DNA of 64,000 bases from Trypanosoma brucei (lineage: Eukaryota). The DNA is taken from positions 3,744,001 to 3,808,000 of the forward strand of contig CM000208.1 in NCBI GenBank assembly GCA_000002445.1, written 5' to 3'. This document shows, piece by piece, positions 1-10,232 of this stretch (position 1 is the first letter of the stretch; each line of letters begins with the position of its first letter). The notes below the pieces were generated by a model. The model was not told where the DNA came from, did no database searches, and worked only from the letters and a program-made list of their open reading frames with translations. A program made the translations under genes and the position numbers.

Positions 1-1089
1 GAATCTGTCGGGTCACTCATCCCCAACCCTGCCTGTACTCGACAGGATGTAAGACACGCGTGTATTATTGCGAATACAATGGAGTTGTGTCAATCTACCA
101 GCAAAGGTCTTGGTGACGAAGTTTGTACCCGAGGCGAGGTTCCGGCTCGGGTGATGGGCTTCGAACAAGTGTCGGAGACATTCTCCGCTTTGTACAGCAA
201 AGCCATAGTTTCCATTGTTAAGGGAATAGAAGCCAATATGACTCCCCTCATCATACAATATGGAAATGAGCGCCTCTCTAATAACATCGAAGATCACCTG
301 GATGTTCACGATGAGTCTCCTCATATACGGTCCATGACTGCCAGCCTACACGACATGATGGAAGTTTGCGCGGTACTGCTCCCACAAACAAACCTCCGGT
401 TTCTCCTCGACAAATTAGCCGCTACTGTGGTACCTTTGTATACCGAAATATTTTACCGATCAAAGTGCCTGTTGAGTGGCACCGCTGTAGGCCTCATGCG
501 GGTTGACTCGTCAGCGCTGGAGCGTACGTTCGTTCAGCTCCCCAACTATAATGATCCCGAGCGCTTCGAGCCGTCAAAGGTTTCCGGGTATTTGAAACTT
601 GTCCGGCGGGAGTTTGACCGCTTCAATCGCACGCTGAATGTATTACAGGTGGACCCCACCATGGACGCATTCGTTGATGTGTACTATGAAGCTATGTTAC
701 CTGAGGACAGATCCATTCAAAACTTCGTGCGCCTTGTGGAAATGAAAGGACGACGGCGGGAGGACATACCGGCATGGATTGCTGCCCTTTCCAAACGAGG
801 GGTTGTGGAGGTAACGAGACGTGACGGTCAGCGCGAGGTGGCCCGTGCTGCCACGATTAATACAAGTGAACAACCGAATTCCGGTAAAGGGTCGAAGATT
901 TTTGGTAATCTTACCAACGTCGTTGGCCGAAATGCGCAACGGAGCGCCTCCCCAAACCCGCCACGGACCAGCGCGGCTAAAAAGACACAACTGGAAAAGG
1001 GATTTGGTGAGCGTCTGGCGGAAGCGGCGTCTTCAATGAAGTTTCTTTCTAACTTTAAGAAGGACAGCAACGACAATAGTGCTAATTAG
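1..1089 (+). CDS. Hypothetical protein, 3' portion. The reading frame is open from base 1, so the true start is probably upstream of the window; the first in-window Met is at 79
   Basis: Frame 1 has no stop from position 1 to the TAG/TAA at 1087-1089. It is in the same orientation as every other gene here. No domain recognised. Confidence 0.5.
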   Translation, partial: ESVGSLIPNPACTRQDVRHACIIANTMELCQSTSKGLGDEVCTRGEVPARVMGFEQVSETFSALYSKAIVSIVKGIEANMTPLIIQYGNERLSNNIEDHLDVHDESPHIRSMTASLHDMMEVCAVLLPQTNLRFLLDKLAATVVPLYTEIFYRSKCLLSGTAVGLMRVDSSALERTFVQLPNYNDPERFEPSKVSGYLKLVRREFDRFNRTLNVLQVDPTMDAFVDVYYEAMLPEDRSIQNFVRLVEMKGRRREDIPAWIAALSKRGVVEVTRRDGQREVARAATINTSEQPNSGKGSKIFGNLTNVVGRNAQRSASPNPPRTSAAKKTQLEKGFGERLAEAASSMKFLSNFKKDSNDNSAN

Positions 1090-1722
1090 CTTGTCGACGC
1101 TACTTCTCCTCTATGTGCCGTTGTTTCAGTAATCTGTGCTAAGTTTGTGCAGTAATGGGCACATGTGTATCGTGTTTTCCCCTTTGCCGTAACTGGTGAC
1201 TCTGCTACTGCTAGTATGCGCCGAGTCCGTTGATCTGTTTGCTCTCTCGCCCGGTGTCTGTAGGGCCAATTTTTTTTTTTTGAAAACACAGTGACTGTGG
1301 GGGTTAGTGCTTCAATTCGCATGAATTAGCCGGTTCATCTGTTGTCTCTTGTGCTACGTTTTCTGCTCCAGTGTGTGTCCTTGTTTGGTCTTTTTACTTT
1401 CCCTATGCTTGCTGTTATATACATCGCAATCGACAAGGAGTGCAAACCACCTACTGACCCGTTGTTTTCACTTTTTAACCGTTTCTCGCCTTTTCTGCAG
1501 CGAAGTGCCACCTGATCTTACGGTGCGCGTGCACTGTCACCCGGTCAACGTGTTCCGGTGAAACGTGAGCTCAGTTCAATCGGTCGGGGAAGTCGACGTC
1601 GTAAAAGCTCTGGAAGGAAAGAAAATTAATCAATTCGGATTCGTTCCGATACCCTCTTCTCTTGTAGTTAACTAGTGAGTAGGTTGTATCGTCATCGCAT
1701 GGCTACCCTTCGGTTTCATTGA

Positions 1723-4700
1723 ATGCTGACTGCACTGCATGTAACACTTCCACGTGGACAAGCACGCCACGACCAGAGATGCCCCAACAGGTGCATTGTG
1801 GCGAATGAAAACACAGGTGAAGTTTCCCTCATCCCAGTCGTGCACCCGTCAGAGCGGGAACCCCTTTCCAGAGGCCCTGTGGACGACACCGACGACGAGG
1901 GGGATGAGGTGCAGTTTTGTTTCGGCCACATTTCCATCAGCCCCCACCACAGTAGCATTTTCGCTAAGCAGCTGGCTCCACTCCTCCAGGAATTGTGGCG
2001 CTGTTTCCTCTGTTACCGGTGGGGGTGTGCAAACTCGGCAGCGAAGGAAAAAGATATCCGTAAGAGCCACTCAGGATGCCCCCGTAGCAGTAACCCCGCG
2101 CGAGTTTCAGAAAAAGGAAGACCGTGGTGCAGGGTTTGTTCAAACGAGCTTTACTCTTTGACACGCTCTGTGTTCGTCTACGGAAGTCAGTCGACCACGG
2201 ATCGCCGAAGTCTGTTCATTCATCTAGCAAAGGCTACCGGACAAGCCTTAGTGCAGTACGTTGATTTTGCCTCCCCTTTCTGTTGTGGTGATCGCTGTAG
2301 TGTTTCATTCTCGTTAGTTGATTTGCACCATCGATGGGGTGTGCGGGATGTACTGAATATCGACGATGTAAGGCAGGGGTATAGCGGCCCTCACCGCACG
2401 AGGCAGAGCCAAACGCAAGGAAGGTTGTGGGTACCGCCGAAGCGCGAGGGACTTAGTAACGGAGAAAACGTTTCGCAGCGCATACTTTGCGCTATTAAGC
2501 AGGCTGAGGCTCCACGGTCATTGTGCACCTTTGCGGAAAGGGAGGACCATACGTTACGAAGCACACTTGTGCTTACTTTCTTTATTTCCAGGCACTCACA
2601 TGGCGCGGTTGAATTAACCGCGGATGGAGCTACACTCTGGGGACATAAGCACTGCCATCGGGAGAGGCGCAGAGAAGGTTCTGTGGAGGAAGCACGGATC
2701 AACATCATCCTTCTCCCAGACAGTGTAGCGGCAGCTCGCGGTAGGCGTGATGCTGAAGAATCTCGTTCACTGGCACGGGTCCTCCAAGCATGTGGAAGTT
2801 GGCGTAAAAAGGTGGAGGAGGGGGAAGATCCTGCAAGCGCTGGGGCGGTACATGGCCGGGAACCAGGTCGTGTTGGGTCGGTATCCGGTGATCGGTTTGG
2901 TGGTGAGGTACAGCCCCCGCACTCAGAGGTGACCTCGGTGTCGTTGTGTGCTTCGCCGCTACTAAGTCATCTTTTCTATACCACTGCACATTACATTTGT
3001 CACGTGGGAAGGGGTCTCTATTCTTCGGACCTCCACAACCCGGAGGCGAAGAGGGTGGGGGCGGGCAATTGTGCTGGGTGCATCGGCGGTGCCGAACGGC
3101 ACTCACCAGGGGTATCTCCCCATTGTAGTAGTTGTAACCCGTCATTATTTGGGTCATGTGGCTCCAGCATTGCCGTTGACTGCGTTGACGCAAGTCTTGG
3201 GAAAAGCATTGTTGTGTGCTGTGTCAATTCGGGACTGGATCACCGCCCCCAAGTGCGTCAAGCTCTTTTCTTCGTTCATCGTGTGACAGCCGGTGGAAAG
3301 TCTCAGGGCGCCACTCCCTGCGAAAGAAACAGCTTTGAGAATTCTGGATCAATCAGTGAAGTCAGACAATATTTCCAGAAAAAAAAGGTGGAACGGGAAA
3401 ACGTTTTTTCTTGTGAACACGGCATGCGGCAAAGTCCGGAAAGACGGTCCGCTCCGATCCCTCAGCCTAATGATACCACGAAACCTGTGTGCACAGAGTT
3501 AGGAGAGCGTCCTACCGATTTCGCCGCGTCCCCCGGTGATGCGGGCGCTCCCAGTGATAGGATCTGCAGCAAGAGCAAACATTGCTGTGAGAATCACGTG
3601 GAGCTGGGTTCCCCCAGTAGTGAGCCTCCGCAGACAACCCACACCGCAACGGGAATGCATCGTCTCCACAAGCGCACAGTCTTTGGAGGGTATGATGGGT
3701 ATCAAACATATAACTTTCCCCATGTAAACCATGACCAAAGTGATAAGGACTGTTCTTCACATGGATTCTTATTCGATGTAGACAAGAACATGAGTGCACA
3801 CTCGAGAGTTGTGGAAGAAGCTGCATCAAAGGGAAACCAGCTCTCAGGTCTGAGCCGAGGGTGTACTCGGTTCTGCACGCCGGGCGACGCACACAGTCCC
3901 CTTACACCACACGCGAGACATATGCCCGGTGAATCCTCGACGTATAATTGCAGTGCAGCTCGCGCCGCGTTGCTTGGGGAAGGACATACGGAAGAGGAGG
4001 AAGAAAAAAAACGTCCCTGCGGTAACGTTGCTCAACTGCCGCGCTCGCAAGTGAGTGCCAGCGAGGGGCTGAACATCTCCGGTGGGCTGGTGGGGTGGGC
4101 GAAGGGATCTCACGAACACTGCAAGGGACCCGCGAGTGCAATGAAAAGGACCGACGAGTTGGCACACGCATATTGGGACCTCATTGAAGCGGAGGTGGAA
4201 ACCCATGATTCGATAGATCATTACGTTAGACACCATGTGGTCGCACCACCACGCACCTCTTCTTCACCTGAACCGCAACGGGAAGTGCCCTTATGGAAGG
4301 AAGGACGCGTGGAAGAAGACAGGAAGTCGCTCGGTATGCCAGAGACGCTGCTGCTGCGAAAAAAAAATGTTGATAAGTCGACGACAACAGCCGCCACATC
4401 GACAGAACAGCGTGTTGAGAAAATGATCAATAAACTGGAGGTGCAACTTCTCCTTTTAGGGTACCGGCTCTTCCTTTCTGGATTATCAGAAGATGCAGAT
4501 CCCGTATATGTTGCGGAAAGCCGTGATCTGACACGTGACGAGGGAAGTGCCCACGCCAGCAACCACACGGGCGTCCACCTTCCAAAACACATTTTTGACA
4601 CGCTAGCATCCAACCTAGCGCAGCAACCGGGAACCCTTGGCAAATCTGAGAGCTATCGTGTGGCTGGAAAGACCACATTTGAACAAAGCCTTTGTTGGAA

Positions 4701-5244
4701 GTGTCTTGCACATCGACACACTCGAAAAGACGATGCGTATAGAAGGTTTCTGGATGTGCTTCAGGCATTGTGCGGGCGTATCACCCGTGAAGGGTGGCTT
4801 GACCGTACATCTCCATTCGCGGAGGAAGAGCAGGAGGAGCGGATGGGTACTGGAGAACTATCAAGGAACTTGCCCTTCTCTGTTTCGTCTATGGAGCAGC
4901 GTGAATCATCGTTATTACTGCAGGCTAGCAAGCTTACAACGGCGCTGCATCAACGGCGGACCCACAAGCAGCAAGTGATACATGATGATGCATGTATGCA
5001 AATAGCAGAGTTGCAGGAGGAACTGAGGAGAGAACGAGAGCAGCGCCGAAAGCTGCAGGAAGAGCTCGCAGAACTTCGTTTTCGGACAAGCAAATATAAG
5101 GCCAAGCTCTCTTTCATTGACAGTACATTGAAGCCAATGGTCACCAATGGAATCAAGGAACTGGAGGCAATGATCAGTGAGCGAAAGAGGATGCGGAGGT
5201 CTTCACGGGAGGGAGGGCGGAGTGGTGACGGGATAGAACCGTAA
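1723..5244 (+). CDS. Large hypothetical protein (1173 aa), with a Cys-containing N-terminal region and a C-terminal coiled-coil/charged tail (ELQEELRREREQRRKLQEELAELR)
   Basis: Uninterrupted 3.5-kb ORF on the + strand. Such a length is unlikely by chance at about 50% GC. The antisense ORFs overlapping it are short. Poly-T tract upstream at about 1270-1282. Confidence 0.5.
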   Translation: MLTALHVTLPRGQARHDQRCPNRCIVANENTGEVSLIPVVHPSEREPLSRGPVDDTDDEGDEVQFCFGHISISPHHSSIFAKQLAPLLQELWRCFLCYRWGCANSAAKEKDIRKSHSGCPRSSNPARVSEKGRPWCRVCSNELYSLTRSVFVYGSQSTTDRRSLFIHLAKATGQALVQYVDFASPFCCGDRCSVSFSLVDLHHRWGVRDVLNIDDVRQGYSGPHRTRQSQTQGRLWVPPKREGLSNGENVSQRILCAIKQAEAPRSLCTFAEREDHTLRSTLVLTFFISRHSHGAVELTADGATLWGHKHCHRERRREGSVEEARINIILLPDSVAAARGRRDAEESRSLARVLQACGSWRKKVEEGEDPASAGAVHGREPGRVGSVSGDRFGGEVQPPHSEVTSVSLCASPLLSHLFYTTAHYICHVGRGLYSSDLHNPEAKRVGAGNCAGCIGGAERHSPGVSPHCSSCNPSLFGSCGSSIAVDCVDASLGKSIVVCCVNSGLDHRPQVRQALFFVHRVTAGGKSQGATPCERNSFENSGSISEVRQYFQKKKVERENVFSCEHGMRQSPERRSAPIPQPNDTTKPVCTELGERPTDFAASPGDAGAPSDRICSKSKHCCENHVELGSPSSEPPQTTHTATGMHRLHKRTVFGGYDGYQTYNFPHVNHDQSDKDCSSHGFLFDVDKNMSAHSRVVEEAASKGNQLSGLSRGCTRFCTPGDAHSPLTPHARHMPGESSTYNCSAARAALLGEGHTEEEEEKKRPCGNVAQLPRSQVSASEGLNISGGLVGWAKGSHEHCKGPASAMKRTDELAHAYWDLIEAEVETHDSIDHYVRHHVVAPPRTSSSPEPQREVPLWKEGRVEEDRKSLGMPETLLLRKKNVDKSTTTAATSTEQRVEKMINKLEVQLLLLGYRLFLSGLSEDADPVYVAESRDLTRDEGSAHASNHTGVHLPKHIFDTLASNLAQQPGTLGKSESYRVAGKTTFEQSLCWKCLAHRHTRKDDAYRRFLDVLQALCGRITREGWLDRTSPFAEEEQEERMGTGELSRNLPFSVSSMEQRESSLLLQASKLTTALHQRRTHKQQVIHDDACMQIAELQEELRREREQRRKLQEELAELRFRTSKYKAKLSFIDSTLKPMVTNGIKELEAMISERKRMRRSSREGGRSGDGIEP

Positions 5245-5810
5245 AGCATCCACCTTTTTCCCTTGTAGTTTGTTTGTATATATTTTGTCGTGCGTGAGCC
5301 ACACTCTATCATGTATTTCGGGAATTTCCCCAACCTTCACCTTTGATGTTGTACTGTAGTTGGCTGATCAGGAATACCTTTGCTTACCCTTACTTGGATG
5401 AATAATGACCTGTTTTCTTTTCTGTCGTTGAAATGACGCCATGTTTTCATTCCCCCTTCCTACACTCCCGATATCAGTTTGTGGGGGTGGGAGTGTTGTT
5501 TATTTGTACTTGTTTGTTTGCTGGTTTCACAGCTCTTCTAAACCAGTATCACCCTTTAAAGGCGGCGCGTGAGCATCCCTCTGGTTTTGTACGTTGGCAA
5601 TGCAAAGGTGATTGGAAAAGAATGTCAGTACACCGTGGGCTCCGTTCCTTCTTCCGTACGCATGCAAAAGGTAAGTATGTGCATGTGCGTGTGGCTGTGT
5701 GCGCATGTGGGTTCTTCATTGACGCCTCTTCTCGGCCAAACCGTGGGGATACTTATCAGCGGCTACATACCATCAAATTACATCTTCTTCTAATGTACCC
5801 TCACGTTCAG

Positions 5811-5840
5811 CCCCAGCCGCTTTTTTTTTCTGATTTTCCA
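5811..5840 (+). promoter_or_regulatory. Polypyrimidine tract, candidate trans-splicing and polyadenylation signal between the 1723-5244 and 6068-7768 genes
   Basis: ccccagccgctttttttttctgattttcc lies about 230 nt upstream of the ATG at 6068, with AG dinucleotides downstream of it. Confidence 0.45.
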
Positions 5841-6067
5841 AGCTGTCTACAGCACGCCCATTGATACGCGGGTGTAGACACCAGGGTTAAAACGTTAGCG
5901 CGCGTGCGTACACGCAACTATATTTTTGGTGTGCACCTTCGCATTCATATATACGTATAAATATATATAAGTACGTGGCACGCCGCACCTCAGATTTAAC
6001 GATCTACGTCAGCAGGATACGTTTGAAACATCACATACCACCTGCGGAGGGACGGTAACTCGCAAGT

Positions 6068-7768
6068 GTGTGTGAGATGAATGGAAGGTATGCTCGGCAG
6101 TCGGGGTGTTTTCGTGGTAAACGTCCACGTGAAATCACAACGCAGAAGCTTTTCAACCGTGCCATCGAGCATTTTCAGTCGATTTATAATGACTCTGTGG
6201 AACGCCACGAACGCGAGACCTTCGCTTCCCGTGCAGTATTTGAAAAGCAATGTGGTGTGGACCGCGAGCACTTTAACAGGGCGCATGGAAGTTTGGCGAA
6301 ACATGGCAAGGGGAAAGACTTCGCACTCGTTTTAGAGCAGTTTGAAAACGAGGAAGCGAAATTGCAGAGGGAGCACGAAGAAGAACTTCAGCGGGTGTAT
6401 CCCCTTGCCTTTTTGGAGCTTGACACAGCCGCTGTCCTTTCCCTGACACTGATTCCTAGGCTAAAGAGCAAACTCGACTTACTGGAGAGGCAGCTCACTC
6501 AGCGGCGCAAATTCACCAATCAACATCAAGGCGATGCCGCGGCGAGAGGAAGTCACTCTCGAGATGTTGACCCTCCTGTGGACGCAAAGGAGTCGGACGA
6601 CAAAAACGGTGCGGATGGCGTCCCGTCTGAACTGAATGATGCGAAGACTGGAATCGAAGAGGATGATGTCGGAACCTTGTGTGTTGGAAGAGGCGCGTAC
6701 ATTACGGGTGATGAGCCCAGTGAAGTGGAAGAGTCAGATTCTAGCGCGTTGGTTCAGGTTTTAGATACTAGCGTTGAAGATGGGAAGGTAGGCACTGGTA
6801 CTGGAGGGGGGTTTCGTAATCATGTGCACCGATTGGTCTCAAGAGGATTGGGTAACATTTTGTCCATCCCAACAGACGTCATGCGAGCTGGCGCTGCCGA
6901 TTTTGCCCGTATTGGCTTACTCCTCAACACTGAGAGCCGCAGGCAACGGCGCGATGAAAGGAGGAAATTTCTTCGCAGCCACATGGAAGTTTGTGGTCCC
7001 GAGGGGAAGACCATCGGGAAATGGGAGCTGAAGCGCCTCCTCCAGGAAGGAAAAGAAGATAAATTGAAGCAGGAAGAAATTTTTGCAGCGCTGGAGGCGG
7101 CGAAAACTATGCCGGAATTTACCGGAAGTGATATGAATGCCAATATAGTTGAAAGCATGGAGAACGATGGGGCTCCACGTAAAACTGCTGGTGCTTCAAC
7201 TGCATCACGCGAAACAGGGGACACAACCGCGTCGGAAACGGTTGTAAAGCGCCATACCAAAATCGTCCTTCGGGGAAACGGTTCACGACGGGACGATGGT
7301 GTTCCATTTACCAGAAAGGACTTTGAATGGACTAGTCTGGGCCTTGACGACGAGAGTATAGGTGAGGGCTCTCGTATGGAGAAGTTGGCGGAGTCGTACA
7401 TGTGGCCGAAGCGAACTGAGGACCGTATTCCTCACATTTTGTGTGGTGAGGTCATACCCACGTATTTTCGTGTGAGGCAGTATCAATTAGACACTTCTTC
7501 ACCCACCACCGCGACCGTGCAAATGAGTGCCACCGGAGAGGATGGCTGTCCCTCTACTCTGTTGGATGATCTCGCAGAGGCGACCCAACTTGATCCAGTG
7601 CGAGAAGGGATGTCTAATGGAGAGAAAGGAGTAGTTACAAAAAAGTCCCCGTTAGTGTTTCGAATTCCGTTTCGCGCGAAAAGTGTTTGGCTGAAGGTAG
7701 ACACCTTGGGAGACTTTATTGCCAGCCAGGTGAAGTTCTTCGGGGCCGTAACTTCTCGTGAAATATAG
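6068..7768 (+). CDS. Hypothetical protein (566 aa), acidic with coiled-coil segments
   Basis: 1.7-kb ORF co-oriented with its neighbours. Polypyrimidine tract at 5811-5840 upstream. An alternative Met lies at 6081 in another frame, so the start is uncertain. Confidence 0.5.
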   Translation: MCEMNGRYARQSGCFRGKRPREITTQKLFNRAIEHFQSIYNDSVERHERETFASRAVFEKQCGVDREHFNRAHGSLAKHGKGKDFALVLEQFENEEAKLQREHEEELQRVYPLAFLELDTAAVLSLTLIPRLKSKLDLLERQLTQRRKFTNQHQGDAAARGSHSRDVDPPVDAKESDDKNGADGVPSELNDAKTGIEEDDVGTLCVGRGAYITGDEPSEVEESDSSALVQVLDTSVEDGKVGTGTGGGFRNHVHRLVSRGLGNILSIPTDVMRAGAADFARIGLLLNTESRRQRRDERRKFLRSHMEVCGPEGKTIGKWELKRLLQEGKEDKLKQEEIFAALEAAKTMPEFTGSDMNANIVESMENDGAPRKTAGASTASRETGDTTASETVVKRHTKIVLRGNGSRRDDGVPFTRKDFEWTSLGLDDESIGEGSRMEKLAESYMWPKRTEDRIPHILCGEVIPTYFRVRQYQLDTSSPTTATVQMSATGEDGCPSTLLDDLAEATQLDPVREGMSNGEKGVVTKKSPLVFRIPFRAKSVWLKVDTLGDFIASQVKFFGAVTSREI

Positions 7769-8379
7769 ATTTTTGATCCCCATAGGTATTTGTTATACTT
7801 TCTACTCCCTCCTCCCTTTCCAGTGCATTCCTTGCTTGTTCCTGGACTCATTTCGTCTTTGAGCCTTTGTCTCATATCGTGTAATACATTTTGAAGTAAC
7901 TTCCACCGCGTGAAAGAGGTGAGGAGGATATGGGGCGCAGCAAACAGGAGGGGAAAGGGGGGAATGACAGCAGTAAAAGTGTCTTGATATACAAATTTGC
8001 ATAGATGCCCCTCCCATTGTGTGGAGCGGTGCGGCATACACGCACAAGTAGTCACGGATCATCCTGATTACTGGAGTTCTTGCACCACAGGCACTTAATG
8101 TGATCTCTCCCCTCTACTTCCTCCCTGCGCAACTCCCACTGTAAGCATCTTCTAGGAAAGAACAAAAAGTAGATAGGGGCACTTTTCTGACTTTCTTTGG
8201 AAATCTTGTTTTAGCTGTGGTAGTTCCCCTGTGGTCCTTGTGTCGTCTGTCTACTACCGGTAATATTTTTACGATTTTAGGTCTATTTTTGGCTCTCCAT
8301 TGCGGGTTGTGGGGGCTTAAAGCGAGGTCAACAAACCTTTAGATAAGTAGACAAGGGAGCGATAATTACCACAATAGAC

Positions 8380-8772
8380 ATGGCGGGCACCACCGCTATA
8401 GTAAAGGACTCGGCAATGTCTCGAGAATTGCAGCAAGACTGCATTGACTGTGCCGCGCATGCACTACACGTCATGGGGCTGAATGAGCAGACCGCGATGG
8501 CACAGTTCATCACGCGCGAACTCAATAGCAAATACGGATCACGTTTCCACTGTGTTGTAGGACGCTCCTTCGGTTCATATGTTGGTCATGACAGCCAGTA
8601 CTTCATCTACTTCCTGATCGGTGATTGTGCGTTTCTGATCTGGCGCACCGTAGATACCTTCGAAGAGCGTGTGTTTTATGCAGCGGTGGACGACATAGCC
8701 GTCGGAAACAAATATTATAGTTGCGAAAAAAACACCTGTGTTGATGAGAAGCTGGGACAAACGTCAATGTAA
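8380..8772 (+). CDS. Dynein light chain LC8 (DYNLL family) with an unusual C-terminal extension of about 40 aa
   Basis: The translation aligns along the whole LC8 fold. [24 protein letters not shown] matches [63 protein letters not shown] matches [41 protein letters not shown]. The ORF then continues for about 42 more residues to the stop at 8772. Confidence 0.85.
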   Translation: [130 protein letters not shown]

Positions 8773-9040
8773 AAAACTTCCAAGTACAGCAACCACCAGC
8801 GTAACACCCCTACAAATGAAATCGGTCGGCTGTGCAATGTCATTTGTTTGTTCTCTTGCCCTTGCATTCACGGAGCTACTTATATGATGCACTAGATCCC
8901 TGCTTGGCACTTGCTATTCAACTCCTCCCCTAAAAAAGACACCTGGTCGTGAACGTGTCAACATAATCCCCATCATCACAATGAATTCACTTGTTTGACA
9001 TATTCAAGTCCAAAGGAAGTGGGTGAAATAGACGGAGGGT

Positions 9041-9658
9041 TTGAATTCTTCTATCAATCAAACGACTATGTATGGTGTTGAGTGTTTTCGGCCACTTGGC
9101 CTCGCCGCCTTTATGTTGGCAGTCCTTTCGGTCGTGCGGGTCGCAACATCAGAAGATGACCCAAACAAACTGACGCCGCAGGAGCGCATAGATAGATACC
9201 GCAAACGAGTTGCGCGGTCGTTCCTCCTTAAGATGGCTGAAGAACCCGGTGCCATGACGCTCCCCTCAGGCGTCGTTGTTCACGTGCTCAACCGCGGCGG
9301 TGGTGGACGGTCGGCTGCTGTTGATGATGAATGCACCGTTCACTACACAGGAACACTGAAGGATGGAACTGTGTTTGACAGCTCACGAGATCGCGGACAG
9401 CCCTTCAAACTTAAGCTGGGCCAAGTGATTGTTGGTTGGCAGGAGGTCCTCCAACTGATGCGACCCGGCGACCGCTGGAAAGTTTTCATCCCACCTGAAC
9501 ACGGCTACGGTGCGAGAGGTGCAGGCCCAAAGATCCCACCCCACTCCGCACTGGTGTTTGACATGGAGTTGATTTCCATTGAAGGCGGCGGCAACGGTCG
9601 CACTGAAAAGGAGGTGGAGGAAGTTCTCAAGGGTTACGCGGGGAAGGGAGACTTGTAA
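9041..9658 (+). CDS. MIP: Secreted FKBP-type peptidyl-prolyl cis-trans isomerase, macrophage infectivity potentiator (MIP)-like
   Basis: N-terminal hydrophobic signal-like segment (LGLAAFMLAVLSVVRVATS) followed by a canonical FKBP domain: VHYTGTLKDGTVFDSSRDRGQPFKLKLGQVIVGWQEVLQLMRPGDRWKVFIPPEHGYGARGAGPKIPPHSALVFDMELISI. Confidence 0.85.
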   Translation: MNSSINQTTMYGVECFRPLGLAAFMLAVLSVVRVATSEDDPNKLTPQERIDRYRKRVARSFLLKMAEEPGAMTLPSGVVVHVLNRGGGGRSAAVDDECTVHYTGTLKDGTVFDSSRDRGQPFKLKLGQVIVGWQEVLQLMRPGDRWKVFIPPEHGYGARGAGPKIPPHSALVFDMELISIEGGGNGRTEKEVEEVLKGYAGKGDL

Positions 9659-10170
9659 TTGGTTGATTATTGAGAGGAAGGGGGAAGGTAAAAGAATTTG
9701 CCGTGTATGATACTGTGCGAGGGTGCATAAACGCGCTTGCTGGTAGTGTTCACCGGGGGATCAGAGTTGTTAGGGAGTTAATGTGTGTTAATAGTGTTTG
9801 TTCCCGTTGGAAGAATTTTCACATATGTATGGGGGAAAGGGAGCAAAATCAAGGCGGCACCGCCCGGGAGGCATCATCTCTACTGCTGTTTTTTGCATAT
9901 CTATTGTGTTTGCCACCCTCCTACTCCTGTAAAGTAGGGGGTTGTATTCTACCGATGTTAAAGCAGAGACAACGACAGAAAATGGCAAGGGCAATAACAA
10001 CCAAAACAACCGTGATCATCCAAGTTGCAGGTACCAATAATGGAGACGATACCAAGTGCCTATCTTATCTCTTGTCACCAAATGAAAAAGTTTCTAAGGA
10101 GAGAAAAAAGCGCGTCATACTCTTTACGAATCATTCCATCACTTTTTTGTTTGTGCGCTTACTTTCAGCA

Positions 10171-10201
10171 TCCTTCCCCTCTCACTGCTTTTTTTTTTTT
10201 T
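10171..10201 (+). promoter_or_regulatory. Polypyrimidine tract, candidate splice-acceptor signal for the FKBP-like gene
   Basis: tccttcccctctcactgc(t)13 lies 32 nt upstream of the ATG at 10233. AG dinucleotides lie between the tract and the ATG. Confidence 0.5.
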
Positions 10202-10232
10202 GGACGGGTTGTTTGTAAGGGTGTAGGTTGCA

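Noticed and set aside
2705-3193. 162-aa antisense ORF, and several others, inside the 1173-aa gene
   Set aside because: Shorter than the sense ORF and on the strand opposite to the transcription direction of the whole cluster. Expected by chance in GC-rich coding DNA.
5433-5864. 143-aa and 74-aa + strand ORFs in the intergenic region before the 6068 gene
   Set aside because: Low-complexity and hydrophobic translations of pyrimidine-rich UTR sequence (LFICTCLFAGF..., CMCVWLCAHVG from the TG-rich run). No domain. Typical spurious ORFs.
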